Shown here: positions 1 through 8,311 of the stretch, piece by piece | Layout: each line of letters opens with the position of its first letter | Numbering within the stretch: the first letter of the stretch is position 1 | Origin: Synechococcus sp. Cruz-7E5 | GTDB lineage: Bacteria > Cyanobacteriota > Cyanobacteriia > PCC-6307 > Cyanobiaceae | Reading direction: 5' to 3' | Assembly (NCBI RefSeq): GCF_024345995.1 | Contig: NZ_JAGQCE010000003.1 | Coordinates: 112,759 to 144,758, forward strand | Length of the DNA: 32,000 bases | Position numbers and translations under genes: made by a program | Notes under the pieces: generated by a model | What the model was told of the DNA's origin: nothing | The model's input: the letters and a program-made list of their open reading frames with translations, nothing else | The model's database searches: none

Positions 1-7
1 GGCCTCG

Positions 8-1894
8 GTGGCGGAAAAACTGCTCACTGCCCCTCCAGAGGGCGTACGCCAAAGCGTACTGCTCTTGGTTCTCGTCTGGGCTGGTTTCGTTGCGGCATCA
101 GCAGGGGAGAAGAGGGCTTCGTGCCAGAGCACCCCTTCTCGCCAGGATGATGGCCTCAATGTCAGGGCCCCAGGCCGCCCAACACCCGAGAGACCCGTGA
201 CGACAACAGTTCCCGCAGCAGTTCTGACAACAAGCTTCGCGGAGTTTGCCCAACGGGCCGACTATTCGCTGCTGGATTCACTGCATGCGGATCCTCAGGC
301 GAGCGGCGATGGCCACGATCACCGGCCCCGCCAGGTGTTCTCCGGTCATTACGTGCCGGTGACTCCAACCCCGCTTCCAGCGCCGGAGTATGTGGCGCAC
401 AGCAGAACCCTGTTCCACGAACTGGGCCTGAGCGATGGGCTGGCCCACGACGATCAGTTCCGCCGTCTGTTTTCAGGCGACATCTCGGTGGCGCAGGGGC
501 CGATGCGCCCCTTCGGCTGGGCAACCGGTTATGCCCTGTCGATCTACGGCACCGAATACATCCAGCAGTGCCCGTTCGGAACCGGCAACGGCTATGGCGA
601 TGGCCGGGCCATTTCCGTGTTCGAAGGCGTCTTCAACGGCAGACGCTGGGAGATGCAACTGAAAGGTGGTGGCCCCACGCCCTACTGCCGCGGCGCCGAT
701 GGACGGGCGGTTCTCCGCTCCAGCGTGCGTGAGTTTCTGGCGCAGGAGTTCATGCACGCCCTGGGGGTTCCCAGCTCACGCTCCCTGACGCTGTATGTGT
801 CCGGGTCTGAAACCGTGCGCAGGCCCTGGTACTCACCGAACTCCAGGTCGTTCGATCCCGACATCATGGTGGACAACCCTGCGGCGATCACCACACGAGT
901 GGCGCCATCGTTTCTGCGGGTCGGCCAGCTGGAGCTGTTCGCCCGTCGCGCCCGCAGCGAGGCCCATCCGGGTGCGCTGAACGAGCTGCAGATGATCGCG
1001 AGTCACCTGATCGAGCGGAACTACCGGCCGGAGATCGATCCGAGTCTGGATTTCAGCGATCAGGTGGTTGAGCTGGCGGGATTGTTCCGCACGCGGCTCA
1101 TCTCACTTGTGGCCAACTGGATGCGGGTTGGCTATTGCCAGGGCAATTTCAACAGTGACAACTGCGCCGCGGGTGGGTACACCCTCGACTACGGACCTTT
1201 CGGATTCTGCGAACTTTTCGATCCCCGCTTTCAGCCCTGGACCGGAGGCGGCGAGCATTTCAGCTTCTTCAACCAACCGGTGGCCGCCGAAGCCAATTAC
1301 CAGATGTTCTGGTCAGCCATCCGGCTGCTGCTCGAGGGCAACACCGAGGCAGTGGCGCGGCTGGATCAGATCCAGGGCGACTTCAGCGAAGCGATGAACC
1401 GGGAAATCGAGGCGATGTGGGCCGGGAAGCTCGGGCTGACCACCTATGACGCCGCGCTGGTGAACGAGCTGCTGGAGCTGATGGTGCTCTCCAAGGTGGA
1501 TTACACGATCTTCTTCCGCAGGCTGTCTGCCATTCCAGAGGATCTCTCTGCCTTGAAAGAGAGCTTCTACCTGCCCAGTTCAGAAGAGCTCGAGGTGCGA
1601 TGGACGCAGTGGCTGCAGCGCTGGCGGGATCGTGTCACGGCAGGTGGCGACACCAATGCGACATCCGCAGCGATGAAACGGGTGAACCCCGCGATCACCT
1701 GGCGCGAATGGCTGATCGCACCGGCCTATGAACAGGCGGCGCAGGGTGACTTCAGAGCGATCCAGGAGCTGCAGGCGGTGTTCAGCCATCCCTACGAGGA
1801 GCCATCCGCGGAGCTGGCGGCCACGTACGACCGCCTGAAGCCCAGGGAGTTCTTCAACGCCGGGGGGGTGTCGCATTACAGCTGTTCGTCGTGA
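8..1894 (+). CDS. selO: SelO/YdiU-family protein AMPylase (true start may lie downstream of base 8)
   Basis: Long ORF with SelO-like [58 protein letters not shown] and [11 protein letters not shown]; C-terminus HYSCSS. First ~65 aa are not SelO-like. Confidence 0.93.
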   Translation: MAEKLLTAPPEGVRQSVLLLVLVWAGFVAASAGEKRASCQSTPSRQDDGLNVRAPGRPTPERPVTTTVPAAVLTTSFAEFAQRADYSLLDSLHADPQASGDGHDHRPRQVFSGHYVPVTPTPLPAPEYVAHSRTLFHELGLSDGLAHDDQFRRLFSGDISVAQGPMRPFGWATGYALSIYGTEYIQQCPFGTGNGYGDGRAISVFEGVFNGRRWEMQLKGGGPTPYCRGADGRAVLRSSVREFLAQEFMHALGVPSSRSLTLYVSGSETVRRPWYSPNSRSFDPDIMVDNPAAITTRVAPSFLRVGQLELFARRARSEAHPGALNELQMIASHLIERNYRPEIDPSLDFSDQVVELAGLFRTRLISLVANWMRVGYCQGNFNSDNCAAGGYTLDYGPFGFCELFDPRFQPWTGGGEHFSFFNQPVAAEANYQMFWSAIRLLLEGNTEAVARLDQIQGDFSEAMNREIEAMWAGKLGLTTYDAALVNELLELMVLSKVDYTIFFRRLSAIPEDLSALKESFYLPSSEELEVRWTQWLQRWRDRVTAGGDTNATSAAMKRVNPAITWREWLIAPAYEQAAQGDFRAIQELQAVFSHPYEEPSAELAATYDRLKPREFFNAGGVSHYSCSS

Positions 1895-2164
1895 GGCTGT
1901 TCGTCGGGAGGCGATTCCGGTCGGGCTGAGCTCACTCAGCCATCGATCAACCAGAGGGCCTCGCGGCCGGCGGCCACCGCGAAATGGAGATCACTCCTCA
2001 GGATCCGCAGGGACAGGCGACTGACACCGGTCCAGTCGTTGCGCAGCAGCTCCACGATCGACACTGTGCTGGCGCCGAATCGCAGGCCGCGCAGCAGAAA
2101 GCAGCCGAACGTCTCCAGCCGGGGCGTACCGGGACTCGTGATCGGCTGCTCTCCGGGCAGTCGG

Positions 2165-2310
2165 CGGCGGTGCTGCTCCGGCTCTCCCAGAGGAACAGGG
2201 AGGGACTGGGGGCCGGGTCTTGGTAGCGCGTGGAGGGGGACATCAGGGCTTGGCGCCGGAACACGCCTTGGCGGTGGAACCAGGGCGCCGTCGCGCAGGA
2301 TCCCGAAGCC
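2165..2310 (-). repeat. Diverged remnant of helicase/DUF3427 3' region (tail copy T1)
   Basis: Minus-strand MSPSTRYQDPAPSPSLFLWESRSS resembles LFSPTTRYNDYAISPWEFHWESQS of the long copy; upstream APWFHRQGV resembles T2 APWIHREGV. Confidence 0.5.
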
Positions 2311-2341
2311 GCCAGGGTTCTGCGCAGCAGTGATCCAGTAT

Positions 2342-2521
2342 TCAAGTTGCGCCGAGGCTGGCGAGAATCTTGCGGGCCAGCGGTTCCTTGATTTCGTTGT
2401 GTCTGGGGATAGCTTCCTTGACGCCAGATGCTGGGTTGATCCAGATGGAGTGTGAAGCTCCTTCCCGTTTAAGAACACATCCAGCCATGCGTAACCGCCG
2501 TTCCAGATCACGGCGTTTCAT
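2342..2521 (-). CDS. hicA: HicA-family toxin (59 aa, absent from supplied ORF track)
   Basis: Translated from the reverse complement: MKRRDLERRLRMAGCVLKREGASHSIWINPASGVKEAIPRHNEIKEPLARKILASLGAT*. ATGA overlap with the upstream HicB-like ORF. Confidence 0.88.
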   Translation of the reverse strand: MKRRDLERRLRMAGCVLKREGASHSIWINPASGVKEAIPRHNEIKEPLARKILASLGAT

Positions 2522-2736
2522 CCGATCTGCAGAGGCATGCGCACGGCATCGGTTGGCAGGCCACGGCTGATATCAGCCTCACGATCTTCAAGCAGCAGCT
2601 CAATGGCGGACTGCAGATCCTTTCTTGCTTCTTCCATGGATTCTCCCTGGCCGTTAGCTCCGGGAATCTCCAGGCAGATCGCCCAGAAGCCACCCTCCGG
2701 AGCTGGCTCGATCACGGCAGTCAGTTCCCCCTTCAT
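2518..2736 (-). CDS. hicB: HicB-family antitoxin (start at internal Met MKGELTAV; ORF extends to 2763)
   Basis: MKGELTAVIEPAPEGGFWAICLEIPGANGQGESMEEARKDLQSAIELLLEDRE is a typical HicB fold sequence; coupled to hicA. Confidence 0.85.
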   Translation of the reverse strand: MKGELTAVIEPAPEGGFWAICLEIPGANGQGESMEEARKDLQSAIELLLEDREADISRGLPTDAVRMPLQIG

Positions 2737-2838
2737 CAAACCAGCCTCATTACCACATTCCAATCAGTTTAGGTTCAGCAAAAAGTGGCAGCAGTCAGGG
2801 AGGCGACCAGGCGCCCTCTCTTGACGCGTTGCCCCCCT

Positions 2839-3150
2839 TCAAACCGCCAACCCCATCCCCTGCATCCACCCCGCCGGGATCGCCCTATCCAGCCGCCAGC
2901 GAATCGCCATCGGCCGTTCCCCCTGGTGGCGCACATACCGCGCAAAGCCCAGACACCGAAACGGCTCGGCCTCCCTCGCGCCGGCTCTCCCAGTGGAACA
3001 GGGAGGGGCCGAGGGCCAGGTCGCGCTAGCGGGTGGTGGGGGAGAAGAGGGCTTCGCTCTTGCGCAAGGTGATGAACATCAGGTCGGTGGCGCTGGGCTG
3101 GTGAGCGAGCACGCCTTCGCGGTGGATCCAGGGGGCGTCGGCGCAGCCTT
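2839..3150 (-). pseudogene. Helicase/DUF3427 3' fragment (tail copy T2)
   Basis: Minus-strand APWIHREGVLAHQPSATDLMFITLRKSEALFSPTTR aligns to REGVLFDEVTQCDVFFITLKKSESLFSPTTR; 3' part retains the 'gggatcgccctatccagccgccagcgaatcgccatcggcc' block. Confidence 0.75.
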
Positions 3151-3182
3151 CTAGACGAGAAGCAGTGGGCCGCTGTCGCCAC

Positions 3183-3326
3183 TTTCAGGGTTGGGGGACT
3201 GTCTTCGCAGCACCACATGGCTGCCTTTCTGACGCACGATCTCGAAACCGAAGCAACTCAGGCAACGTTGACCTCGTCTTCCCGGTACAGGATCGCCGTG
3301 AGGCGCTTGGGGGTGGCGGTCGTCAT
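3183..3326 (-). pseudogene. Relic of a HicBA module (HicB start fused out of frame to a HicA fragment)
   Basis: MTTATPKRLTAILYREDEVNVA* followed in another frame by LSCFGFEIVRQKGSHVVLRR. Confidence 0.6.
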
Positions 3327-3484
3327 GGTCGCCGGGGTGGTTTGACCTTCAGTCTGGCTGGTCTCAAACCGGCAACGCCACGTTGAGGGGCGCTGCGGCA
3401 GAGCCGGCGCCGCGGATCCCGTAGAAGCCGGCATGAGAGCGCAGGCTTGGTCTAGACTCGATATAGATCAGCTGTGGGGGTGTC

Positions 3485-3745
3485 ATGCGCGCCAAGTTGT
3501 TCCGCAACGGTCGCAGCCAGGCGGTGCGGCTGCCCGCCGAGTTCCGCTTCGAGGGCACGGAGGTGGAGGTGCATCGCGATCCCGAGAGTGGCGCTGTGGT
3601 GCTCACACCGGTGCGGCCATCGGCCCGCGCCTTGCTGGATCAAAGGGACGCCCTGCTGCAGGAGCCTGGCTTCCAGGCCGAGCTGGAAGCGTTTTTCGAG
3701 GGGTTGCGCGACACGCGCCCTGCGGAACCGGTGGAGTTCCTCTGA
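3485..3745 (+). CDS. vapB: VapB/AbrB-like antitoxin
   Basis: MRAKLFRNGRSQAVRLPAEFRFEGTEVEVHRDPESGAVVLTP; one-base stop/start overlap with the PIN ORF. Confidence 0.88.
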   Translation: MRAKLFRNGRSQAVRLPAEFRFEGTEVEVHRDPESGAVVLTPVRPSARALLDQRDALLQEPGFQAELEAFFEGLRDTRPAEPVEFL

Positions 3746-4143
3746 TGGCTGCGGCAAATGGGAGGCTGATGCTCGACACCAACGCCGTGAACGCCTTTCT
3801 GAAAGGCCTGTCGCCACGGCTGGATACCTGGGTGCGTGAGCAACGCTGTTCCCTGTCATCGATCGTGGTGGCGGAGATCCGTTACGGCCTGGAGAAGCTG
3901 CCGCCAACGTCGCGGTTGCAAGCGCTGGTGGAGAACACCCTCAAGACCCTGGAGATCCTGCCCTGGTCAGAAGCCTGCGCCAGGGTGTACGGCCGACTGC
4001 GGGCCGATCTCGATCGCAACGGGAAGCCGTTGGCGGCGATGGATCTGCTGATCGCCAGCCATGCCCTCAGCGAAGGTTGCGCCCTGGTGACGGCGGATCA
4101 GGCCTTTGCCAATGTGGCCGATCTGCACCTGGAGTCCTGGTAA
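3745..4143 (+). CDS. vapC: VapC/FitB-like PIN-domain toxin (132 aa)
   Basis: LMLDTNAVNAFLKG, VAEIRYGLEKLP, LAAMDLLIASHALSEGCALVTAD; ATG at 3745. Confidence 0.92.
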   Translation: MAAANGRLMLDTNAVNAFLKGLSPRLDTWVREQRCSLSSIVVAEIRYGLEKLPPTSRLQALVENTLKTLEILPWSEACARVYGRLRADLDRNGKPLAAMDLLIASHALSEGCALVTADQAFANVADLHLESW

Positions 4144-4198
4144 TGGCCAGCAGGCAGGGGTTGGCCAGGTGCCTTCCCGCTTGGCGTTGTGCCCCCCC

Positions 4199-4331
4199 TC
4201 ACACCGCCACCGCCAACTCCGGATAGAAGGCCCCCGGAATCGCCCTGTGCAGCCGCCAGCGAATCGCCATCGGCCGCTCGTCCTCGTGGCTCACGTGATC
4301 AGTAAAGCCGAGGCAAAGGAAAGGCAGTGTC
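4199..4331 (-). repeat. Helicase/DUF3427 3' fragment (tail copy T3)
   Basis: Contains 'aactccggatagaaggcccccggaatcgccctgtgcagccgccagcgaatcgccatcggccgctcg...ctcacgtgatcagtaaagccgaggcaaagg', matching the 8312-8440 segment. Confidence 0.88.
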
Positions 4332-4412
4332 ATACCGTCCCGGTTACTTAGCGGATGGCGACGTCGTTGTAGTGGGTGGTGGTGGCACCGTTAAGAAGCT
4401 CCTCTTCGACCA

Positions 4413-4625
4413 TCACAGCAGCTGGCGGAACTGCTCAGGCGTCAGACCTGCATCGCGCGCAATCGCGCCCATGGTGATGGCGTTGATGGGGTCATGTCTT
4501 GGGATCACCAGCCGACGCTCGCCATTGCTCAGGATCAGATGACCCGACTCGCGGACAATCCGATACCCCAGCTTCAGAAACACCCTCACGGCTTCCTTCT
4601 GGCTGATTCCAGGCAGACGTGGCAT
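4413..4625 (-). CDS. hicA: HicA/YcfA-like toxin
   Basis: MPRLPGISQKEAVRVFLKLGYRIVRESGHLILSNGERRLVIPRHDPINAITMGAIARDAGLTPEQFRQLL. Confidence 0.88.
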   Translation of the reverse strand: MPRLPGISQKEAVRVFLKLGYRIVRESGHLILSNGERRLVIPRHDPINAITMGAIARDAGLTPEQFRQLL

Positions 4626-4823
4626 TTAGAGAGCGAGTTCCATCGTCTCCACGCTGCGCACGCCACCCTCCTCCGCTTCTACTTCCAGCCAGAGGGCAAT
4701 CGCTTCGCGGATGTTCGCCAGTGCTTCGTCCCTGTTAGCTCCCTGGGAGTGGCAGCCGGGCAGGTCAAGACAGCTCACCGACCAACCCTCTTCGGTTTCC
4801 AACAGCCGGATGCGGTAGCTCAT
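4626..4823 (-). CDS. hicB: HicB-like antitoxin
   Basis: MSYRIRLLETEEGWSVSCLDLPGCHSQGANRDEALANIREAIALWLE; immediately upstream of hicA. Confidence 0.9.
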   Translation of the reverse strand: MSYRIRLLETEEGWSVSCLDLPGCHSQGANRDEALANIREAIALWLEVEAEEGGVRSVETMELAL

Positions 4824-4899
4824 GCCGGTCTGACTCCCTGACCTGCGTTCAGGCTAAGGGCATGGAGCTGGCCTCTGTACCGAAGCCTCCCAGCCCACC

Positions 4900-5012
4900 T
4901 CAAACCGCCACCGCCAGCTCCGGGTAGAAGGCCCCCGGAATCGCCCTGTGCAGCCGCCAGCGGATCGCCATCGGCCGCTCGCCCTCGTGGCTCACATAAT
5001 CGGCAAAGCCGA
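4900..5012 (-). repeat. Helicase/DUF3427 3' fragment (tail copy T4)
   Basis: LGFADYVSHEGERPMAIRWRLHRAIPGAFYPELAVAV*, near-identical to the long copy's C-terminus. Confidence 0.92.
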
Positions 5013-5085
5013 GGCCAAGCTCACGCCATGGACGGTGGTGATGGAGAGGGGATCCATCCTGTCTTTGGATGAACTCGGCCAATGG

Positions 5086-5439
5086 CTAAGCAATGGGAGG
5101 ATCCTTGCCCAACGCAGCCAATAGAGAGCTTCTCAGACCTGGGAGGTCATTGTTGATCGAATCCCAGAGAATCAGCTGATCCACGGCTTCGTACACATGG
5201 ATGATTCTGTTCCGTGTTCCAACGATGCGGCGTAGATCGGGAATGATCGTGAGCACACTCGGATCGGCCTCAAGGGCCCGCTTGAGAGCCTCGCCAATGA
5301 TTTCGAATTTGCGCTCCACCGCTGATTGGATCAGCTCATTGTCAAGGTAGTGCTCAAGCGTGCAGTTCTCGATGAAGCGTCCAATCGCCTCGATGGCCTC
5401 AAGGGCGTCAAGCAGGCGTTTCAGCGCCTCTCTTCGCAT
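5086..5439 (-). CDS. hepT: HepT-like HEPN toxin (DUF86 type)
   Basis: HEPN/DUF86-like ORF with RIVGTRNRIIHVYEAVD (RX4HXY); follows MNT ORF. Confidence 0.88.
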   Translation of the reverse strand: MRREALKRLLDALEAIEAIGRFIENCTLEHYLDNELIQSAVERKFEIIGEALKRALEADPSVLTIIPDLRRIVGTRNRIIHVYEAVDQLILWDSINNDLPGLRSSLLAALGKDPPIA

Positions 5440-5440
5440 T

Positions 5441-5767
5441 TCAGAGTTCCAGGATTAGCCGGCGTGACGCGTCCACGTCTTTCCGGAAATAGGGATTGTG
5501 GATCATGGATTCCGTCAGGAGATCCACCGGACGGCCGAAGAGGGCTTCCAATTCATCGGCGAAGGAACAGAAGCGTCGTGCATAGCCCGGTTCCCGTTGG
5601 CCCGTCATCTGCACGATGAAGTCCAGGTCACTGCTGGCAGGGTCAAACAGGCCCTTCGCTGCCGAGCCGAACACTTCCAGCCGATCCACGCCGTAACGGT
5701 TGCACAGGTGCCTGAGCGGCTCCAGCCGATCGGCCAGCAAGGGCAGCAGCGGGGCAACCGTGTCCAT
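5441..5767 (-). CDS. mntA: MntA-like minimal nucleotidyltransferase antitoxin
   Basis: VFGSAAKGLFDPASSDLDFIVQM nucleotidyltransferase motif. Confidence 0.9.
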   Translation of the reverse strand: MDTVAPLLPLLADRLEPLRHLCNRYGVDRLEVFGSAAKGLFDPASSDLDFIVQMTGQREPGYARRFCSFADELEALFGRPVDLLTESMIHNPYFRKDVDASRRLILEL

Positions 5768-5797
5768 GGGGTCAGGTTAATGGAGCTTTCGGGTCCT

Positions 5798-5880
5798 TCA
5801 TACCGCCAAGGCCAACTCCGGCACGAACGCCGCCGGGATCGCCCTGTGCAGCCGCCAGCGAATCGCCATCGGCCGCCAAC
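5798..5880 (-). repeat. Helicase/DUF3427 3' fragment (tail copy T5)
   Basis: 'aactccggcacgaacgccgccgggatcgccctgtgcagccgccagcgaatcgccatcggcc'; encodes ...FVPELALAV*. Confidence 0.88.
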
Positions 5881-5881
5881 C

Positions 5882-6193
5882 TCATCCCAAGGGCTTGATC
5901 TGCTCCTTGACCCACTCGGTCCATGCCTGCCGATCAAGCGTTCCGGAGGCCACAGCAAGAACAACAGCTTCGGTGGATTCTTTGGAAGCGGTCAACTCAT
6001 AGCTGTTGAGCATGAGCATCACCTCCATGGCTGCGTGGCCGACACGCTTGTTGCCATCCACAAAGGGATGGTTCTTGATCAGGGAAAAGCCTAGAGTGGC
6101 AGCCTTCTCGATGAGAGTGGGATGGAGATCAACACCTGAAAAGGTCTGACGGAGCTGGGCGAGTGACCCTTCCAAGAGACGAAGGTCTCGCAA
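5882..6193 (-). CDS. doc: Doc/Fic-like toxin, apparently with damaged N-terminus
   Basis: NHPFVDGNKRVGH Fic/Doc motif; upstream in-frame SGGSPG(LRD) but the remaining N-terminal region is missing. Confidence 0.85.
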   Translation of the reverse strand: MRDLRLLEGSLAQLRQTFSGVDLHPTLIEKAATLGFSLIKNHPFVDGNKRVGHAAMEVMLMLNSYELTASKESTEAVVLAVASGTLDRQAWTEWVKEQIKPLG

Positions 6194-6226
6194 TCCGGGG
6201 GAACCCCCGGAGGCGGAGATAGCGAA

Positions 6227-6421
6227 TCACGCCAGACGTCGGTAAAGCTCCTCATTTTTTGCCAGCACGTTCGATGCGGCTGCTTCGAAGTCTGCGGATG
6301 GTCGGCTCAGGAGATCGCGTACGGCGGCCGAGGCCAGGACCTCCTGAGACACGTTGAGCAGCCCGGCCACCTCGGCCAGGGCACGGGACTGTTCTTCGTT
6401 GAGCTCAATGGCGAGGGCCAT
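6227..6421 (-). CDS. Putative antitoxin partner of Doc
   Basis: 64-aa ORF directly upstream of doc, overlapping the vestigial GTGATTCGCTAT doc start. Confidence 0.65.
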   Translation of the reverse strand: MALAIELNEEQSRALAEVAGLLNVSQEVLASAAVRDLLSRPSADFEAAASNVLAKNEELYRRLA

Positions 6422-6478
6422 GGCAGACCTCCTGAGCCAGAAGGATAGGAGAGGTCGAAAGGGGATCGCCGCCCCCCC

Positions 6479-7521
6479 TCAAACCGCCAACGCCAACTCC
6501 GGCACGAACGCCGCCGGAATCGCCCGGTGTAGCCGCCAGCGAATCGCCATTGGCCTCTCGCCCTGGTTGCTGACGTAATCGGCAAAACCGAGGCAAAGAA
6601 ACGGCAGCGTCACCCCGCCGCGCTTGTTCTCTTCTCGCACAAACAGCAGCACCTTGCTGCCGCGCTCTCGGTGGTGGATATATCTCTGCCCGGTGGCGGA
6701 CGCTTCCCGGGTGAGGCTCTGGCTCTCCCAGTGAAACTCCCACGGGGAGATGGCGTAGTCGTTGTAGCGGGTGGTGGGGGAGAACAGGCGCTCACTCTTC
6801 TTGAGGGTGATGAAGAAGACGTCGCACTGAGTGGCCCGATCGAACAACACCCCCGACTGGCCGGTGGTTTGCTGAGTATCGGTGATTAATCCAAAGGCGG
6901 CATAGATCTCGGCGCGGCTGTAGCGGGCGTGGAGGGCCAGGGGCACGGGCTGATCCAACGCCAGGGGAGGGGCGAGGTGGTCGGTGCGCTCCAACAGGAG
7001 TGCGAACAGTTCGCGCAGCTCATTGAGAAAGGCTCGACAGGCCCAGAGGCGATCCAGCGCGTCTTGCAGACCAAGCCGAACAGGCGACGTTCCCCAGAGC
7101 TGGAGCAGCAGCATGCGCCAACGCCGGCGGTCCAACTCGCTCAGGTTCTGCACCTCGGGTGGCTGTCCATGGGCGAGGCCCTGCAGGAGGAACGAGAGGC
7201 GGTCGGTGTCGTCCAGGTGGAGGAGGCGCCCCACTCCCCCAGCTCCATCCCAAGCCCCTCCAGCAACCCCGCCAGCGAGCAGCGCCCGAGCCGGCGAGCT
7301 TCGGCGAGCAGCTGGGGCCGGCGCGTGGGCAGCGACTCGCGCAGGTTCGCCAGCACCCGCTCGCTCGACACCCGATCGAGTTGCAGGCTGCAGCCGGCGG
7401 GCAGGAAGGGAGACCCGTCTTTGATCTGCTGCTCCAGCTGGTCGCGCGTGCCGCCGAGCAGGGCGAGGTAGCGCAGGTCGAAGCGGAAGTTCCGGTGGGC
7501 CTGGCCGATGAAATCGAGCAT
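6479..7521 (-). pseudogene. 5'-truncated, internally deleted/frameshifted helicase/DUF3427 copy (T6)
   Basis: MLDFIGQAHRNFRFDLRYLALLGGTRDQLEQQIKDG... in one frame, then RLLHLDDTDRLSFLLQGL... to LALAV* in another. Homology starts in the middle of the long copy. Confidence 0.9.
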
Positions 7522-7547
7522 CGTGGCCTGCTGGTTGAAGCTTCGCG

Positions 7548-7889
7548 ATGATGAAGCCCATGACCACCACGCCGACCCCTCTGGTGACCCGCGAAGCGCT
7601 GCAGGCGTTCACGCAGCGGCTGGTGGAGCGCTACGCCCCTGAGAAGGTGATCCTGTTCGGTTCTTTGGCTCGTGGAGAGGCGCGCTGGGATTCAGATGCC
7701 GACGTCCTGGTGGTGATGCCCTTTGAGGGCCGCCACCTGGCCAAGATCCGTGAAATGCGCCGACTCTGCCAGGTGCGATTCCCCCTGGATCTCCTGGTCC
7801 GGCGGCCGGAGGAGATTGAGGTTCGTTATCGGGGGGGTGATCCGGTCGTGCGCGAGGCGCTTGACCATGGCGAGGTGCTGCATGGCTGA
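7548..7889 (+). CDS. MntA-like nucleotidyltransferase
   Basis: VILFGSLARGEARWDSDADVLVVMPFEGRHL. Confidence 0.88.
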   Translation: MMKPMTTTPTPLVTREALQAFTQRLVERYAPEKVILFGSLARGEARWDSDADVLVVMPFEGRHLAKIREMRRLCQVRFPLDLLVRRPEEIEVRYRGGDPVVREALDHGEVLHG

Positions 7890-8286
7890 ACCCTGGTCGG
7901 CGGTTCCGGAGTGGATAGCCAAGGCTGAGGGCGATTGGGAAGCCCTTGAGATCCTCCTGACCAGGAACAGCCCAGGCTTGCGAGATGCGGTGGTGTTTCA
8001 CGCCCAGCAATGTGTGGAGAAACTCTTCAAGGCACGGTTGATCCAGCTCGGGCAGACGGTCGACAAGATCCATGACCTGGCCACCCTGTCTCGCCAGCTG
8101 GAAGCTGTGGATCGCCAGTGGAGCTGGGATGGTGAGGAATTGGCTGATCTCTCCTCAGGAGCGGTGCTCGCTCGCTACCCGGGTTTTGAAACCTCAGCAG
8201 AGGAACAAGCAGATCTTGTGCAGATCGCCAGCAAGCTCAGGCAGGCCCTGAGGATCCTGCTTGGCTCAGAGCAGCAGGAAGAGTGA
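7882..8286 (+). CDS. HEPN-domain protein (134 aa)
   Basis: FHAQQCVEKLFKARLIQLGQTVDKIHDLATLSRQL; ATG at 7882 overlaps the end of the MNT gene. Confidence 0.85.
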   Translation: MAEPWSAVPEWIAKAEGDWEALEILLTRNSPGLRDAVVFHAQQCVEKLFKARLIQLGQTVDKIHDLATLSRQLEAVDRQWSWDGEELADLSSGAVLARYPGFETSAEEQADLVQIASKLRQALRILLGSEQQEE

Positions 8287-8311
8287 ACAAAACGACTGAT
8301 GTGGTTGGAGC

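Noticed and set aside
1876-1894. SelO C-terminal YSCSS considered as a selenocysteine site.
   Set aside because: The codon is TGT (Cys), not TGA. A C-terminal Cys-Ser-Ser is typical of bacterial SelO proteins.
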